Origin: Owenia fusiformis
Lineage: Eukaryota
DNA length: 64,000 nucleotides
NCBI GenBank assembly: GCA_903813345.2
Contig: CAIIXF020000001.1
Span: 49,166,001-49,230,000 of the forward strand
Reading direction: 5' to 3'
Positions 51,201 to 64,000 of the stretch are shown here, piece by piece. Under the pieces are notes generated by a model. That model was not told where the DNA came from. It saw nothing but the letters and a program-made list of their open reading frames with translations, and searched no databases. A program made the translations under genes and the position numbers. Each line of letters begins with the position of its first letter. Within the stretch, counting starts at the first letter, position 1.

Positions 51201-54200
51201 GCATGGCACTTCATCTGTGAATGTGTGAAGTGCTAGGAAGGCTGCATATATGTCAGGGTCTATATTGGAGGAAATACCACTGACATCAGTCTTTATTTGT
51301 TTCCAACTCAAGTATCCAGCAGCACACTTTGCTGTATTTGCTTTTTGTTTTCATCATCATACAAGAACTAATTCCAATCTTTAGGGACTCGTGTTTTTCT
51401 ACCTTAAAAGGGCAAGGTGTCCCTCCCCTCTTTCAGGTTCCTTTATAGAATTTTTGATGTATTTATCACATACAAAAACTAATCAATCTGCAATTGTAGA
51501 ATCTTGAAACAGTCTCCGCCAGATCCAGAAACAAAACTACCTTTCAAGTTGAATTATGGTTTGGGATAGTTGGGGTTTGTTTTCCTTATGACTTGTATAC
51601 ATTTAGAAGTTTTCTTTTTCTTGCTGGGTTCTATTACAAATTTTGGTCCTTTCCCTTTGGCACTTGTGGGTACATGTTCATGCATAGGAATGCGTTTCTC
51701 TGTTCTTGCAAGAAGTCCAGTCAGTGTTCCTAGAGCCCAAGGCACAGGGCTCCATAGGAACTGCAGGAGACATTCTAGGCTAATTTTATGTTCTTAAGCA
51801 AGATCAAAGCTGTTCAAAGATGCTTCATTCAGAATGTATTTGTATAAGCTTGTTCTGAGTACTTTTTTACTGTCACTGTCACTGTTGCTGCTGTAGTTTT
51901 CAATTTCATATGTTTTATTAGATCATGAAATCTTTTTTTCGACTAATCTCAGATGGTATCTCTTCATGCAATTTCCCCTTTTGACTAAAATTAGATGAGA
52001 TCTGCAGCGACATCATTTGGCACAGATTTTCCTTATGATACACCGTAGAGATGACTTTCATCCTCAATGGTAAATGGATCAAGGAAGTCTTTGATTGCGG
52101 TTTTTGTCATCTTTATGTCTTTTTCTATACTTGCTATTTGTGCCTTTCCAAGGTCATTATGGGTGTCACACTCATCTCATCTCTAGATAATAGATTGTTG
52201 TAACCATCTCATCCATATAAAGCACTTATTGTCTGTATGGCCCATATTGCAAATCCTTGTAGTGAACCACCAGATGGACTTGAATGGAAACTAAATGACT
52301 CCATATCTTTCCAGTTGGTATTGACTGATATTCTCATACAAGAGATTGGTGATATAGCAACACCAGGAGATGAATCAGAAAACTCCAGAAGATGTACCCT
52401 ATGAAATCCAGAATTAAAAAGATGAGATTTATACTTAAGGCAGATTAGATCTACACATTCTAATTCTGTTACTACTCACCCCTGCCCAAATGTAAAAACT
52501 ATAATACTTACACAGAAGTATTTACCAGAAATGCTTGACATAAATTATAATACAGTAACAGCAGTTCAGTATAACTATGAATGTATCTCAAAAGTCAAGT
52601 TCAATTTTGTATTTACACAGTGTATACAAAGAACCAATCATCTACTATTGTAATGGTGACACTCCTTTTGATCATTTATAAATATGTAATTGTATGGTGT
52701 TTGACAAATCCTGTAAATTGTAATATCCCATATATTGAGATGAATATGAAGAAGACCCAGACGATGTGCCCCATGAAATCCAGAACTATGCAGATGAGAT
52801 TTATACTTAAGACTGATTACCTCTGCCTCCTCCCTATTCTGTTACTACTCTCCCCAATCCTCCTCCAGGCAAGAACTTTTACAATTAGATGTGCATTACT
52901 AACCAGAAATGCTTGAAATTAAGTATAATCAAAGAAGTTGTAATGTAAATGTATCTCAAAAGTCAACTTAGACTCTGTATTTATAGAGAATGAATCTATG
53001 ATAAGGGCGACGCCCACTTTTGATCACTTGAGTAATTCTATGGTCTTTATACTTACCAATCATGCAGAATTATAATATCCTATATGAATGTGAAGAAGAC
53101 CCAGAAGATGTACCCCATGAAATCCAGAACTATGTAGATGAGATTTATACTTAAGGGTGATTAGCTTTGCCCTCTTCCAATTCTGTTACCCCCCCCCCAT
53201 CTATCCCCTCCCCAATGCAATAAGTATAACACTTACATGTACATTATTCACCAAAAATGCTTCATATTTAGTATAGTCAAAGAACATCATTATAAATGTA
53301 TCTCAAAAGTCAAGTAAGACTCTGTATTTTTAGAGAATGGCAATCATCTACTATGATAAGGGCGACGCCCACTTTTGATCACTTATGTAATTGTATGGTC
53401 TTTGACACTCCCCAGTTATGTTAATTGCAATATCCTTTATATTTAAATAAATGTTTGAACTGCCCTGGTAATTTTGAAAATGCTAAAATGTTCTGATATC
53501 TGTTGATTTGAAAAATAATCCACATTCTATATTATGTACAGGTACAGGTTTTACCAAAATTAAGGATTTTCTCAGCAAAAATTGTGGTTTCCATGGCAAC
53601 CACGAGTGACAGACCATTGAAAGTTTGCATACTACCTTAAAATGATCTCATCAACTCTCGATAAAATTATTATGATGATTGAAGACCAACTGAATGAATT
53701 ATTCAATGATGATAATGTACCCCCTGTAATTTTCCTTTTTAGGGTCAAAAACCCAATTTTGACAACTTTCGCCCCAGATACGGCGCATCAGACAAAAATT
53801 TTCTGAAGTATCACATAAAAATACATAAGAAACAAGTAATTTCAATTTGTTCAGAAGCGGGTACATTTTTCGGTGCTACCTCACTAACTATAAGGAGGAA
53901 CCATAAGTGTCATTGATGCTTAGTAGTGAAAGAAAATGAAAATATGCAAAGCTTCACAATTGAATCCACATTTTGCTTGCTATTTCAGACCAGTTTTGTT
54001 GCATTCAGCAATGGCCAAGAGAAAAAAGGTCTCGTAGTTGTCTCCTCTGAGAATATCTATTTCCTCCATATTGCAAGGCCAGAATGGTAGGCTATTATAG
54101 AATATTGTTTGATGAAAGAATACCTCTTACCCAACTAGTTTGACTATTCTCGTTGTTTTCTTATCGTCAACATCCTTCCTTAACACACCATGTACCATAT

Positions 54201-57200
54201 ATATGTTGATCAAGTTTAACTCTCCGTCACACTTGAAAAGTGGTATAATTTTGTCATTTTGTGTGAATTTCAAGTTTGATATTTATCACTATATGTACCG
54301 TATCTTGTTTACACTTTAAAGTATATTGTCATTAGTCTTAATCTTTCAAGTGTACTCACAAATTGGGGTTTCCCTTCATCTGAAACACTTGTTATTGTTA
54401 AAAGCAGACCAAATTCAGTGACAATCTGCTAAGAGTCAATTTTCAATGTTCTATAGTGAGGAGCAACCTGAGAAGTGGCTAAAGTGTCTTGAGAAGCAAC
54501 CACTAACTGAGGTCCACTATGTAGATGTAGGCCTCCAACATCAAAGTTTACGTCTTGAGTTTGGTTCAGAGGCAGAGAGTTACAAACTCTTACTGCGGGA
54601 TGAGGCAAAATGTAGGAAGTTTCTACGGCAACTAACAGGTACAGCTTTTTGTATCCAGGATTACTTGAGATGCATATATTGTACTTTTCATCTTGGCAGT
54701 TTTAGTGTTTTTTTTGTTTTGTTTTTTTTATACATAAATTTATTCCTTTAGTAAACAATAAGAGACATGCAGTTGATTGCCAAAGTTTTATAAAAAAACA
54801 TTAGTGGCAATTAAAAACATTAGCGGCAATTGAAAACATTAGCGGCAGTTTTAATGTCGGTGACATCATATATCATCTCATTCATGATTATTATTGACTG
54901 AATGGAGGAATGTAGATGAGATAATGATTTATTATATTATTATGGCCATCCCCAAGATTTGGTGATATACAGTGTATAAATATTTCAAGTCTTTTGTGAC
55001 CAGCATTCATTCAGAGTTCAGCTGTCAGTGTTGACAGTCAATGTCTGTAACAAATTGTTACACTTTTGTAACCATTTGCACTAACTTACCAAGTGTTGGC
55101 TATGTGACACATGTAATATCATGCATTTTATGCATATATGTTCCAAACTTGTTTTTTTTGGTTTGCTGCATATCATTTTATTAATAAACAGTGGATTATA
55201 ATTATATCCCCTATTGTGTCTACCAACTTATGTTATGACTGTATTATTCGTTTTTTTGATGAGAATAAATTACATAACATTCCCCTGTGCCCCGTGAAAT
55301 TAATCAGACAAAAATGAAGATATTTCCATGGAGAGACTGAGCTTGACTCAACTGTTTTAGTAAATCAAGTCTAAGGTCTGTTTCCTCTAAATAAGCCTAA
55401 TGAATGATAATGATTCATGAAATTCAAATGTTGTTCATGCTTTAATTGTTGTTCATGTTTACATGTGTTACCTAATATTTCCTTATGTTGTTCCTCTTTT
55501 CTTTCATATATTAAAGGTATCATCCAGGGTATAGCATTCCACAGTGAGAGTAAACTAGAAGGTATTGGGAAAAGTAACCTTGACACCTTACATCATATCC
55601 TAGAAGAAGTTCTGCATGCTGGTCATGGTGGAACTGATGAAGTCACAGAAGACACTTCTAAGATCAAACTTTTTGTTTTGGCGTTTCTTAAAACAGGCGA
55701 ACTAGACTCAAAAGGAAGTGCTATTACATTGTTTGATTTTTATGTCACCACCACAAGTGGTGACATGTTGTTATGGTCTCCAACTTTTTTGTGGATGGTG
55801 TTTGGTGGTTGGTGTTTGGCAGTTGGTTTTCTGTTGTTGGCCTTCAGCCTCTGTAACAAATGGCAGATGGTGACATTTTGCGTGTATATGCCCTGTGTTT
55901 CTTTATCTCAAGGAGCTGGGTTTATTTAATTTTTGAATAATTCATGATATGTCCAAGGACTTTAACAACCATTCAACAATTGAAATAATTCCTTTCTTTG
56001 AGGGGTTTTATACATTATAATCAATGGTCAAGATAAATTATGCTTATTTTAATGTGTTTCAATATCAATGCATGTTCAACATTTATCAGAATTTAAGAAA
56101 CATTTCACTTGGGAAATTTTAGCCTTGAAACAAAAGAGGCAATGGTTTAAACTATAACTATAGCTACTTGCTACTAGGATATGTGGCTTTTCATTTATGC
56201 CTATTCAACTCAAGAATGATATGAATTATATGACATTTGGTTGTTAAGAAGACATATTTTCCTCAATTATAAGGCAATTTTATAAGAATAGTACATTCTG
56301 TATTTCTTTTAACGTGGACTAAAAGTTTTTTATCATAATTGATTTTGATGATTGATAATTTAGGTAATGAGCAACTGAGTAGTGTCAGTATTGTGGTGAC
56401 GTCGCAAGATATAATTCTCACACAGGAGGATCATCATTGGCCCTTGCCTCGACACAGGAAGCAGGTGCTGCCCCCTGGAGCACATTTCAAAGTCCTGGAT
56501 AATCAGAAAATCAATGAAGTCTCTAACATTGTATGTATAAGCTGAAATTGTCAAACAGATTTGATTTTTTAATAATTATGTTTTTAAACCAAATTCCTAA
56601 TGAGAAAAACATATTTTTGCCATGTATTCTTTGCCATGTATATTTCTTCTATATTTGAGTCAGCATAAAGTGTGGAATCCTTTAAAGTGTCTCACATATT
56701 CGATCAAAATTTGCCATGCAAACATGTTAGTCTACTTTACTGGCCCCCCTTGCTGTAACAAGGAACCCAAAACACATTAAAACGTAAACATAAACCAATT
56801 AGTCACTTCAATATGAAAGTGAGGGGTGTTAGTCCATGCACACAGCGTATTCTGCTAATACATATTTGCTAACACAATATCAGTGGTCATTTACTGTGTC
56901 AACTTAGTAACCCTTGCATATCGTGCTCACTCAAGTATTGAATATTTTTCATGATCTAAATGTTTGTGGTTTCACAAAAAATGTGATATATTTTAGTTAG
57001 AAATACATTTATTGATATATTCATTCAAACAGCACTAGAATGCGGGAAGAAAGAGCAATGGTGACAAAATGCAGACAGAATTTTCTGTAAGGGTTTCAAA
57101 CATTTCTGGACACAATCATACATGTACTTCATGTGTGCTGTTATTTTTAGTGCTGTATTTATAGATATAATTTCACGTATTAAAATCATATTTTCCAGCA

Positions 57201-58219
57201 ATGACTTCAAATTCGGAACCACACCCATATCACATTTTCTTCAATAACTCCAAACATGTGTAAACATTGACCATGCGCATATAAATTCAGATTTCACGAG
57301 CTCTCCTATTCGAGTACCTCATACACCCCTGCATGGATTTGAGTTGGATTCGCCTTTTATACGTGAGCCGACACACTCGCAAACGCTGATTGGATAAAGA
57401 TTGTAAATCCCTAACAAAAAGGATTCACAGTCATTATTCAAACACAATCCTCCCTTGCATGGCATGGAACAATTTGGTAATAATATTTCTAAATTCAGAC
57501 CGAGCATTTAGAAGGGAGATGAGCATTACTTAGTGTACCAGTATTCTGGTAATATTCCAACTCCCATGGCAGTGCTAGTTTTCAACATTTTAGGTAGTTT
57601 TACTACCAAATTGGTCCATGTCATCCAATGGAGGATTGAGTTTGAATCATGGCTGCAAATCGCCCTGTGCCTTAATTAATATGTAAATTATCAATTTCTA
57701 ACAGGATATTTATGAAGATGACACCACCCAGCTGTCAATAGTGTTTTTCAATGAGGAAAATGATGAGGAATGTTCTTGGCATATTGTCATGGAGACAGCA
57801 TCATCCTTAGATACACTGCTGACATCTATCTGTAAGCCTTGGGAGGCAGAGTTTGGTGTTGAGCTTCAAGTGAATAAACAAGAAAGTGTGCAGGGGCAGG
57901 TTAGTTACTTATTAGTACCCCTTCAATTTAGTACGATTGCTCAGCTGTGCTAACTTATCCTTTATCAACAATACTTGAAGCATACAAGATGACCTTATGT
58001 CACCATCTTTAGTTTTTTGTATTATAGAAAAAACATTTGGATTATTTTTTCACTGTCACTCAATAATCTTGAACCTCATTCAAAAAGATTTGCACTCAGT
58101 AAAGAACTTTTTGAATTTTGACATTTCCTTGTTTAATAGAATTGAAAAAAGAACCATTTTATTACACAATGAATAAAAAACATGTATAATATTATTTATT
58201 TTGTTTTCAGGAGCTATAA
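39258..58219 (+). CDS. STK11IP: Serine/threonine-protein kinase 11 (LKB1)-interacting protein, LRR protein, ~1413 aa
   Basis: Exons 39258-39327, 39494-39693, 39978-40145, 40472-40579, 40892-40963, 41202-41331, 41721-41824, 42406-42492, 42715-42756, 43208-43511, 43896-44135, 44369-44548, 44766-45025, 45329-45400, 45721-45835, 45987-46188, 46491-47547, 53989-54086, 54457-54638, 55517-55696, 56364-56530, 57705-57899, 58211-58219. Diagnostic segments: LATLLRDNGDKIL, LQFLYDFMQKTPSLKL, PFRSLHALE, LRRs ending LYLEGNPL, CLKCSTEF...CPSCGSEHIVEL, VDHRLKLYL. Confidence 0.93.
47605..47756. mobile_element. Short MITE with 5-bp TSD
   Basis: GATAT|CAGGCTCATAGCCAGG...CCTGGCTATGGGCGTG|GATAT. Confidence 0.8.
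47864..53890 (-). mobile_element. Decayed Academ-like DNA transposon (6 kb) in a STK11IP intron
   Basis: TAG...CTA termini, TAA on both flanks, >500-bp TIRs (47864-~48375 vs ~53380-53890) plus further inverted subterminal repeats. Stop-riddled minus-strand remnants at ~51550-52320 (KDFLDPFTIEDESHLYGVS*GKSVPNDVAADL; ISLECLLQFLWSPVPWALGTLTGLLARTEK) resemble Academ transposase motifs as I recall them. Confidence 0.75.
48390..50195 (+). repeat. Tandem array of ~13 units of ~135-148 bp, the 3' part of the Helentron-like element, nested in the Academ-like element
   Basis: Repeated CAAAATCATCTACGTGTTCTCAGAAATTCAAATCTGACTTTAGATTTGACATTTGACCTTCAATGACCTTCTCAAGGTC..., ending in the family 3' terminus GGTGACATTTTGTCATGTTAATGCCTTG. 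Confidence 0.92.
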
Positions 58220-58869
58220 ATTGGCAGTTGTATGTTCATCCAAGGATTGCTTTCCTATCCCAAAAAGAGACTCTACTATTTTTTTATGTTTCACATTTTT
58301 ACACTCATGGAGCAGTTTAAGATGGTCCTGTATGGTAAAGATAGAACCCTCACTTTGACAATGAAGCGACTTTAGTGAATTCCAGTTTGTGAATGACCCT
58401 CATTGAAATAGTGACCTTTAATGGAAAGAGTGGATTAGAATGAAAAATGGCTATTTGGTATCACTATCACTAAAACTGTAAAACATGGAAATATTTCTGG
58501 AATATTTTGTTTTAACTTTACTTAATTTTTCAAGTATACAGTAGTTTGCATTTTATTCATGAGGCCATAAAACGTGTTTCCTACCATTTTGTTTAATTTT
58601 ACCATATGCACAATATTCTTTGATATTATATTGATATACTACAACTGATACAGGCTTTTTGAGTATAAGACAGCTCTATCTCAGTTTTTTGAATTGCTCA
58701 CAATGTTTTTATTTAATGTTATGGACATTGTACATCTGTATATGTATGCATGTAACCATGAAGTTCATGTGTTGATTTATATTCAAAACCAACATTTGGA
58801 AGATAAATTGTATCCAAATTCAACCCTAATGATGATTAATCCACTTGTATACGTATATTGAATTTAATG

Positions 58870-61045
58870 CAACCATTTTGTTATGTGGTCTATTCAACCA
58901 TTACAGGTGTAAAACCATCTATCACTATGTTATGTAGTCTATTCAACCATTACAGGTGTAACACCATTTTGTTATGTTGTCTATTCAACCATTACAGGTG
59001 TAAAACCATCTATCACTATGTTATGTGGTCTATTTAACCATTTCAGGTGTAACATCATTGTGTTATGTGGTCTATTCAACCATTACAGGTGTAACACAAT
59101 TTATCATTATATTATGTGGTCTATTCAACCATTACAGGTGTAAAACCATCTATCACTACGTTATGTAGTCTATTCAACCATTACAGGTGTAACACCATTT
59201 TGTTATGTTGTCTATTCAACCATTACAGGTGTAAAACCATCTATCACTATGTTATGTGGTCTATTTAACCATTTCAGGTGTAACATCATTGTGTTATGTG
59301 GTCTATTCAACCATTACAGGTGTAACACAATTTATCATTATATTATGTGGTCTATTCAACCATTACATGTGTAACACCATTTTGTTATGTGGTCTATTCA
59401 ACCATTACAGGTGTAACACCATTTTGTTATGTGGTCTATTCAACCATTACAGGTGTAACACCATTTTATGTGGTCTATTCAACCATTACAGGTGTAACAC
59501 CATTTTGTTATGTGGTCTATTCAACCATTACAGGTGTAACACCATTTTGTTATGTGGTCTATTCAACCATTACAGGTGTAACACCATTTTATGTGGTCTA
59601 TTCAACCATTACAGGTGTAACACCATTTTGTTATGTGGTCTATTCAACCATTACAGGTGTAACACCATTTTGTTATGTGGTCTATTAAACCATAATAGGT
59701 GTAACACCATTTTGTTATGTGGTCTATTCAACCATAACAGGTGTAACACCATTTTGTTATGTTGTCTATTCAACCATTACAGGTGTAACACCATCTATCA
59801 CTATGTTATGTGGTCTATTCAACCATTACAGGTGTAACACCATTTTGTTATGTTGTCTATTCAACCATTACAGGTGTAAAACCATCTATCACTATGTTAT
59901 GTGGTCTATTTCACCATTACAGGTGTAACACAATTTATCATTATATTATGTGGTCTATTCAACCATTACATGTATAACACCATTTATAATTTTGATATGT
60001 GGTCTATTCAACCATAATAGGTGTAACACCATTTTGTTATGTGGTCTATTCAACCATAACAGGTGTAACACCATTTTGTTATGTTGTCTATTCAACCATT
60101 ACAGGTGTAACACCATCTATCACTATGTTATGTGGTCTATTCAACCATTACAGGTGTAACATCATTGTGTTATGTGGTCTATTCAACCATTACAGGTGTA
60201 ACACAATTTATCATTATATTATGTGGTCCATTCAACCATTATAGGTGTAACACCATTTATTACTATGTTATGTGGTCTATTCAACCATTACAGGTGTAAC
60301 ATCATTGTGTTATGTGGTCTATTCAACCATTACAGGTGTAACACCATTGTGTTATGTGGTCTATTCAACCATTACAGGTGTAACACAATTTATCATTATA
60401 TTATGTGGTCTATTCAACCATTACATGTATAACACCATTTATAATTTTGATATGTGGTCTATTCAACCATTACAGGTGTAACACCATTTATCATTTGTTA
60501 TGTGGTCTATTCAACCATTACAGGTGTAAAACCATCTATCACTATGTTATGTGGTCTATTTCACCATTACAGGTGTAACATCATTGTGTTATGTGGTCTA
60601 TTCAACCATTACAGGTGTAACACCATTGTGTTATGTGGTATATTTAACCATTACAGGTGTAACACAATTTATCATTATATTATGTGGTCTATTCAACCAT
60701 TCCAGGTGTATTACCATTGTGTTATGTGGTCTATTCACCTATTACAGGTGTAACACAATTTATCATTATATTATATGGTCTATTCAACCATTACATGTGT
60801 AACACCATTTACCATTTGTTATGTGGTCTATTCAACCATTACAAGTGTAAAACCATTTATCACTATGTTATGAGGTCTATTCAACCATTACAGGTGTAAC
60901 ACCATTTATCATTTGTTATGTGGTCTATTCAACCATTACAGGTGTAACACCATTATCATTATGTTATATGGTATTTTCAGCCATAACAGGTGTAACACCA
61001 TTTATCATTTTGATATGTGGTCTATTCATTCAACCATTACAGGAG
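58870..61045. repeat. Minisatellite of 42-bp and ~49-bp units
   Basis: Core TATGTGGTCTATTCAACCATTACAGGTGTAAC repeated over ~2.2 kb with a few recurring linker variants. Confidence 0.97.
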
Positions 61046-61671
61046 TAATAAATTATGACAATTCTCTATTACACGTTAAAGTATGCAATAGCTTCATTTG
61101 ATCACTGTTATTTTTAGAAAATAAAATTAGGATTATAAGGGAAACATTGGCTTGATTTTTGAAAAAAATTCTTTCAACATTTTTCACATTCTGTTGCTTC
61201 TAATTCCTTTAAATGCTTATATTCAATTTATTTTAGTCAAATGTTGTGACACTGATTGTTATTGTATTATTAATAAATTATGTTGAATTTGTATATAATT
61301 TTCTATTATTTTTACAACAAAACAACACATCGGTAATCAAAACAATTTATTTTTAATTTAATTACACTTTAACACACTGAATGACCATATAAGGTATAAC
61401 AGGATATAAAACATATAAGAACAACTTCTAAATAACAATATTCACTTGGACGATATGTATGTCACATGTATAAGCAGCATCCATTCCCTTCTTCATATTG
61501 GTTTTGATATGAAACAAATCTGCAAATACTCCAAACGATATTTTAGCCAGAAACTTCATAGATTTTAGCAAAGAGAGTGACATAATGAGTAAGAGGATTT
61601 GTATGTCTGTATGTTGGGTGATGAATTTTTTACATATTTTTAAAATTTCATGTAGTCATTATACATAATTA

Positions 61672-62251
61672 CAGGGTGTCAAACCGTAACAGATGGTACC
61701 TGGTGTGATATACCATTGGAAAGATCATCCAAAGTTATGTTTACTCACCAACTCTCAAGTATTTTGGATGAAATTTACCTATATTTTTATCATGTCTTTT
61801 ATAGTTAACGTGCCCTCCTTTAAGTAGCTTTTTTTGTGTCAAAATGACAAGGATATGACCTCAGAAAAATGTCAAAAAGTTAATCTTTTTCGCATTCCAC
61901 TTGTTACAAAAAGGTTTTCACCACTTTCCCTGCATCTCTATTTTCTATACATGTAACCCTATCGAGAAATTGGTAAAATTCATCGCCATAAACATATTTA
62001 GTCATCTTTTGGTCCCTTGACCTTTCTTATAGCCGATTCTTAAAATCCTGCCAAATACGCCAAATTGCCATGTTTCTAGTCATATGGTCACCTCAATTGA
62101 TACAATGTAAAAATTTGTGAGATTGATTGACATGTGTCAGATATACGCCAATCAACGTAACTTTGGAAGACCTTTCCAATGATATATCACACTTGGTACC
62201 AAATATCTTGGATTTGACTGTAGAGGGGGGGGGGACTTATTTGACACCCTG
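61672..62251. mobile_element. Tc1/mariner-like MITE
   Basis: TA|CAGGGTGTCAAA...TTTGACACCCTG|TA plus subterminal inverted similarity. Confidence 0.8.
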
Positions 62252-63254
62252 TATACAAACTAGTCATTTAGAATACATTGTGTTCCCTACAGAAGTATTA
62301 GTGTGATACTGTTTCAAAAAACCCTCCATTAAAATTACTATTATTTTTGCAATATAGACTTATAGGAGGGTGATGCTCGTGTACACAGAACTATTAAAAC
62401 TACAATTAAATCGTGAAACTGTGGACAGAAAAACAAAAGAAAAATAGAAACTGGATGTTCCCAATAAATTACCAATCACATAGCGGAGAACGTCTATCTT
62501 AAAGAAGCTTTCACAAAATATCACATAAAAATAAAATAAATTCAAAATTTTGAAAATAAGTTAATTGGAACATTGTTTCATATATTAAATGAGGTATATA
62601 CAAAAAATAAATAAACTAAAATATATTTACACATGGAATTATTATGCTATTTCTTTGTACAATTGGTTTTGTTCTGTTCAAATGACCACACAATTGGCTG
62701 CCTAGATAAACTCTGGGAGTTACCCATGTGAATGATATGGCTATCCAGATGAATAAATACATGGTATTTTTTATATTGTAGAATTTTGAGTGCACTGTAC
62801 ACTGATAATCTGCAACATATGACATATTTAATTTATATTTATCTGGTACATGAATGACTACTTTATATATATTTGTAATCTGATTCATTCACAGATAGCT
62901 TTATATACCGTTTAAAAGTGGCATTTAATCCAAGTGGTCAATTTGCCAATTTGTCAAATATCCTTTTCCTTATTTTGAATTTCCTAATGACAAAAATCTT
63001 CCCATTGGATAACATTATGAAGATAATATTTCCGATATTTAATTTCCCAAATCTGGCAAAAATTAGGCAATAGGCAAATTAAATGATTAGGCGAAATTAC
63101 CCCTTATACAGTATTTGTAATCTGATTTGTTCACAGATGGCTACTTTATATACTAGTGTATAATCTGATTGGTTCATAGATCATTTATGAAAAATGTATG
63201 CGGAAGTGATGATTTTATACAGATGTATTTCACTTAAAAGAATCCCTCCATATG

Positions 63255-63692
63255 TCAGCACCCATTGTCATTCATTGTCATTTGATCAGCCAGTCTTTGT
63301 TCATCCAGTTTCTCCCAATTTGCCCTGTTTGACATGACACCACCCAGCATAGGCTCAAAGCTATCATTCACCTTGCCCAAGGCCTGGAGAAATACAGTTT
63401 ACACTATTCAATAAAGTATAATATCAAAATTACATGGTTAAAAATTGTTTTCATTAGTATTTAGTCAATAGTTAAAAATATGGTATTGTGTATAGTCAAA
63501 TTGTATCAGAATTCCAATATTTAGTTAATAACTCTTCCAAAGTACAGGTGATTATAAAGTTCGAAAGGACCTTCATCACCAACCCTCGTACACAGTAGTT
63601 AATGTTACCTTATATAATGGGACGCATACGCCATCTATCCATCCCATCTGTAGCTTTGGTAGTTCTTCCTGCTTTTCTCTGTCCATCATTGT
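63255..63692 (-). CDS. 3' end (last two exons) of a PDE11/PDE5-type cyclic nucleotide phosphodiesterase
   Basis: Exons 63692-63609 (TMMDREKQEELPKLQMGWIDGVCVPLYK) and 63383-63255 (ALGKVNDSFEPMLGGVMSNRANWEKLDEQR...GC*). They match the class I PDE C-terminus with the invariant Gln; the LQxxWID form suggests PDE11. Confidence 0.9.
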
Positions 63693-64000
63693 CTATCAGA
63701 GGATATTACACAATTATGATTTGATTCACATTATATACTGATATAATAATGTCATAACTCATACAATTACCATTTGAAAAATGGACATAAATCGATTTGA
63801 AGGCAAGATATATTTTGTACTTAATTGACTTGAGTTCATCCTGACCTTGCAATAACATCAAAATATTGATCCCAGGATCCAGGCATGAAATCATGTCAAA
63901 GAGCAATAATTGTTGTTGAATCTGTCTTGTTGAGAGTACGTAGCTAGAGTTGAATATAATTTAACATAAGTTTATGCCCAATCATTTTACATTGATTTTA

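Noticed and set aside
58870..61045. CRISPR-like repeat/spacer appearance and repetitive Cys/His-rich ORFs
   Set aside because: Linkers are short and recur rather than being unique, there are no cas genes and the context is eukaryotic. The ORFs arise because the 42-bp unit is a multiple of 3.

Overview
AT-rich, intron-containing animal (invertebrate-like) genomic DNA. The species cannot be fixed from the sequence. Three conserved genes are present: coatomer zeta (COPZ, +, first exon not found), STK11-interacting protein (STK11IP, +, 23 coding exons, ~1413 aa) and the last two exons of a PDE11/PDE5-type cyclic-nucleotide phosphodiesterase (-). A probable first exon of a divergent gene lies at 8-39 (-). 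The main find is a 15-exon gene at 17575-29126 (+) in the transposon-rich interval between COPZ and STK11IP. Its exons splice by GT-AG sites into one open frame of 3858 nt (1285 aa + stop). The product is chimeric: N-terminal Z-alpha (Z-DNA/Z-RNA-binding) domain, two tandem WASP/N-WASP-derived modules (post-CRIB GBD helices + polyproline + WH2-like stub), a B-box/ZZ-like zinc finger, ankyrin repeats, a Ser/Thr-rich linker and a complete caspase p20/p10 domain (SHG...AACQG). A STAT-type GAS site and a TATA box lie just upstream. I infer a single-chain innate-immune sensor-protease, possibly with an integrated WASP decoy; this is untested. The window also holds many MITEs, a decayed Academ-like transposon, Helentron-like repeats with expanding ~136-bp arrays, candidate COPZ microexons and a 42/49-bp minisatellite. 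All gene models are manual and need RNA-seq confirmation.
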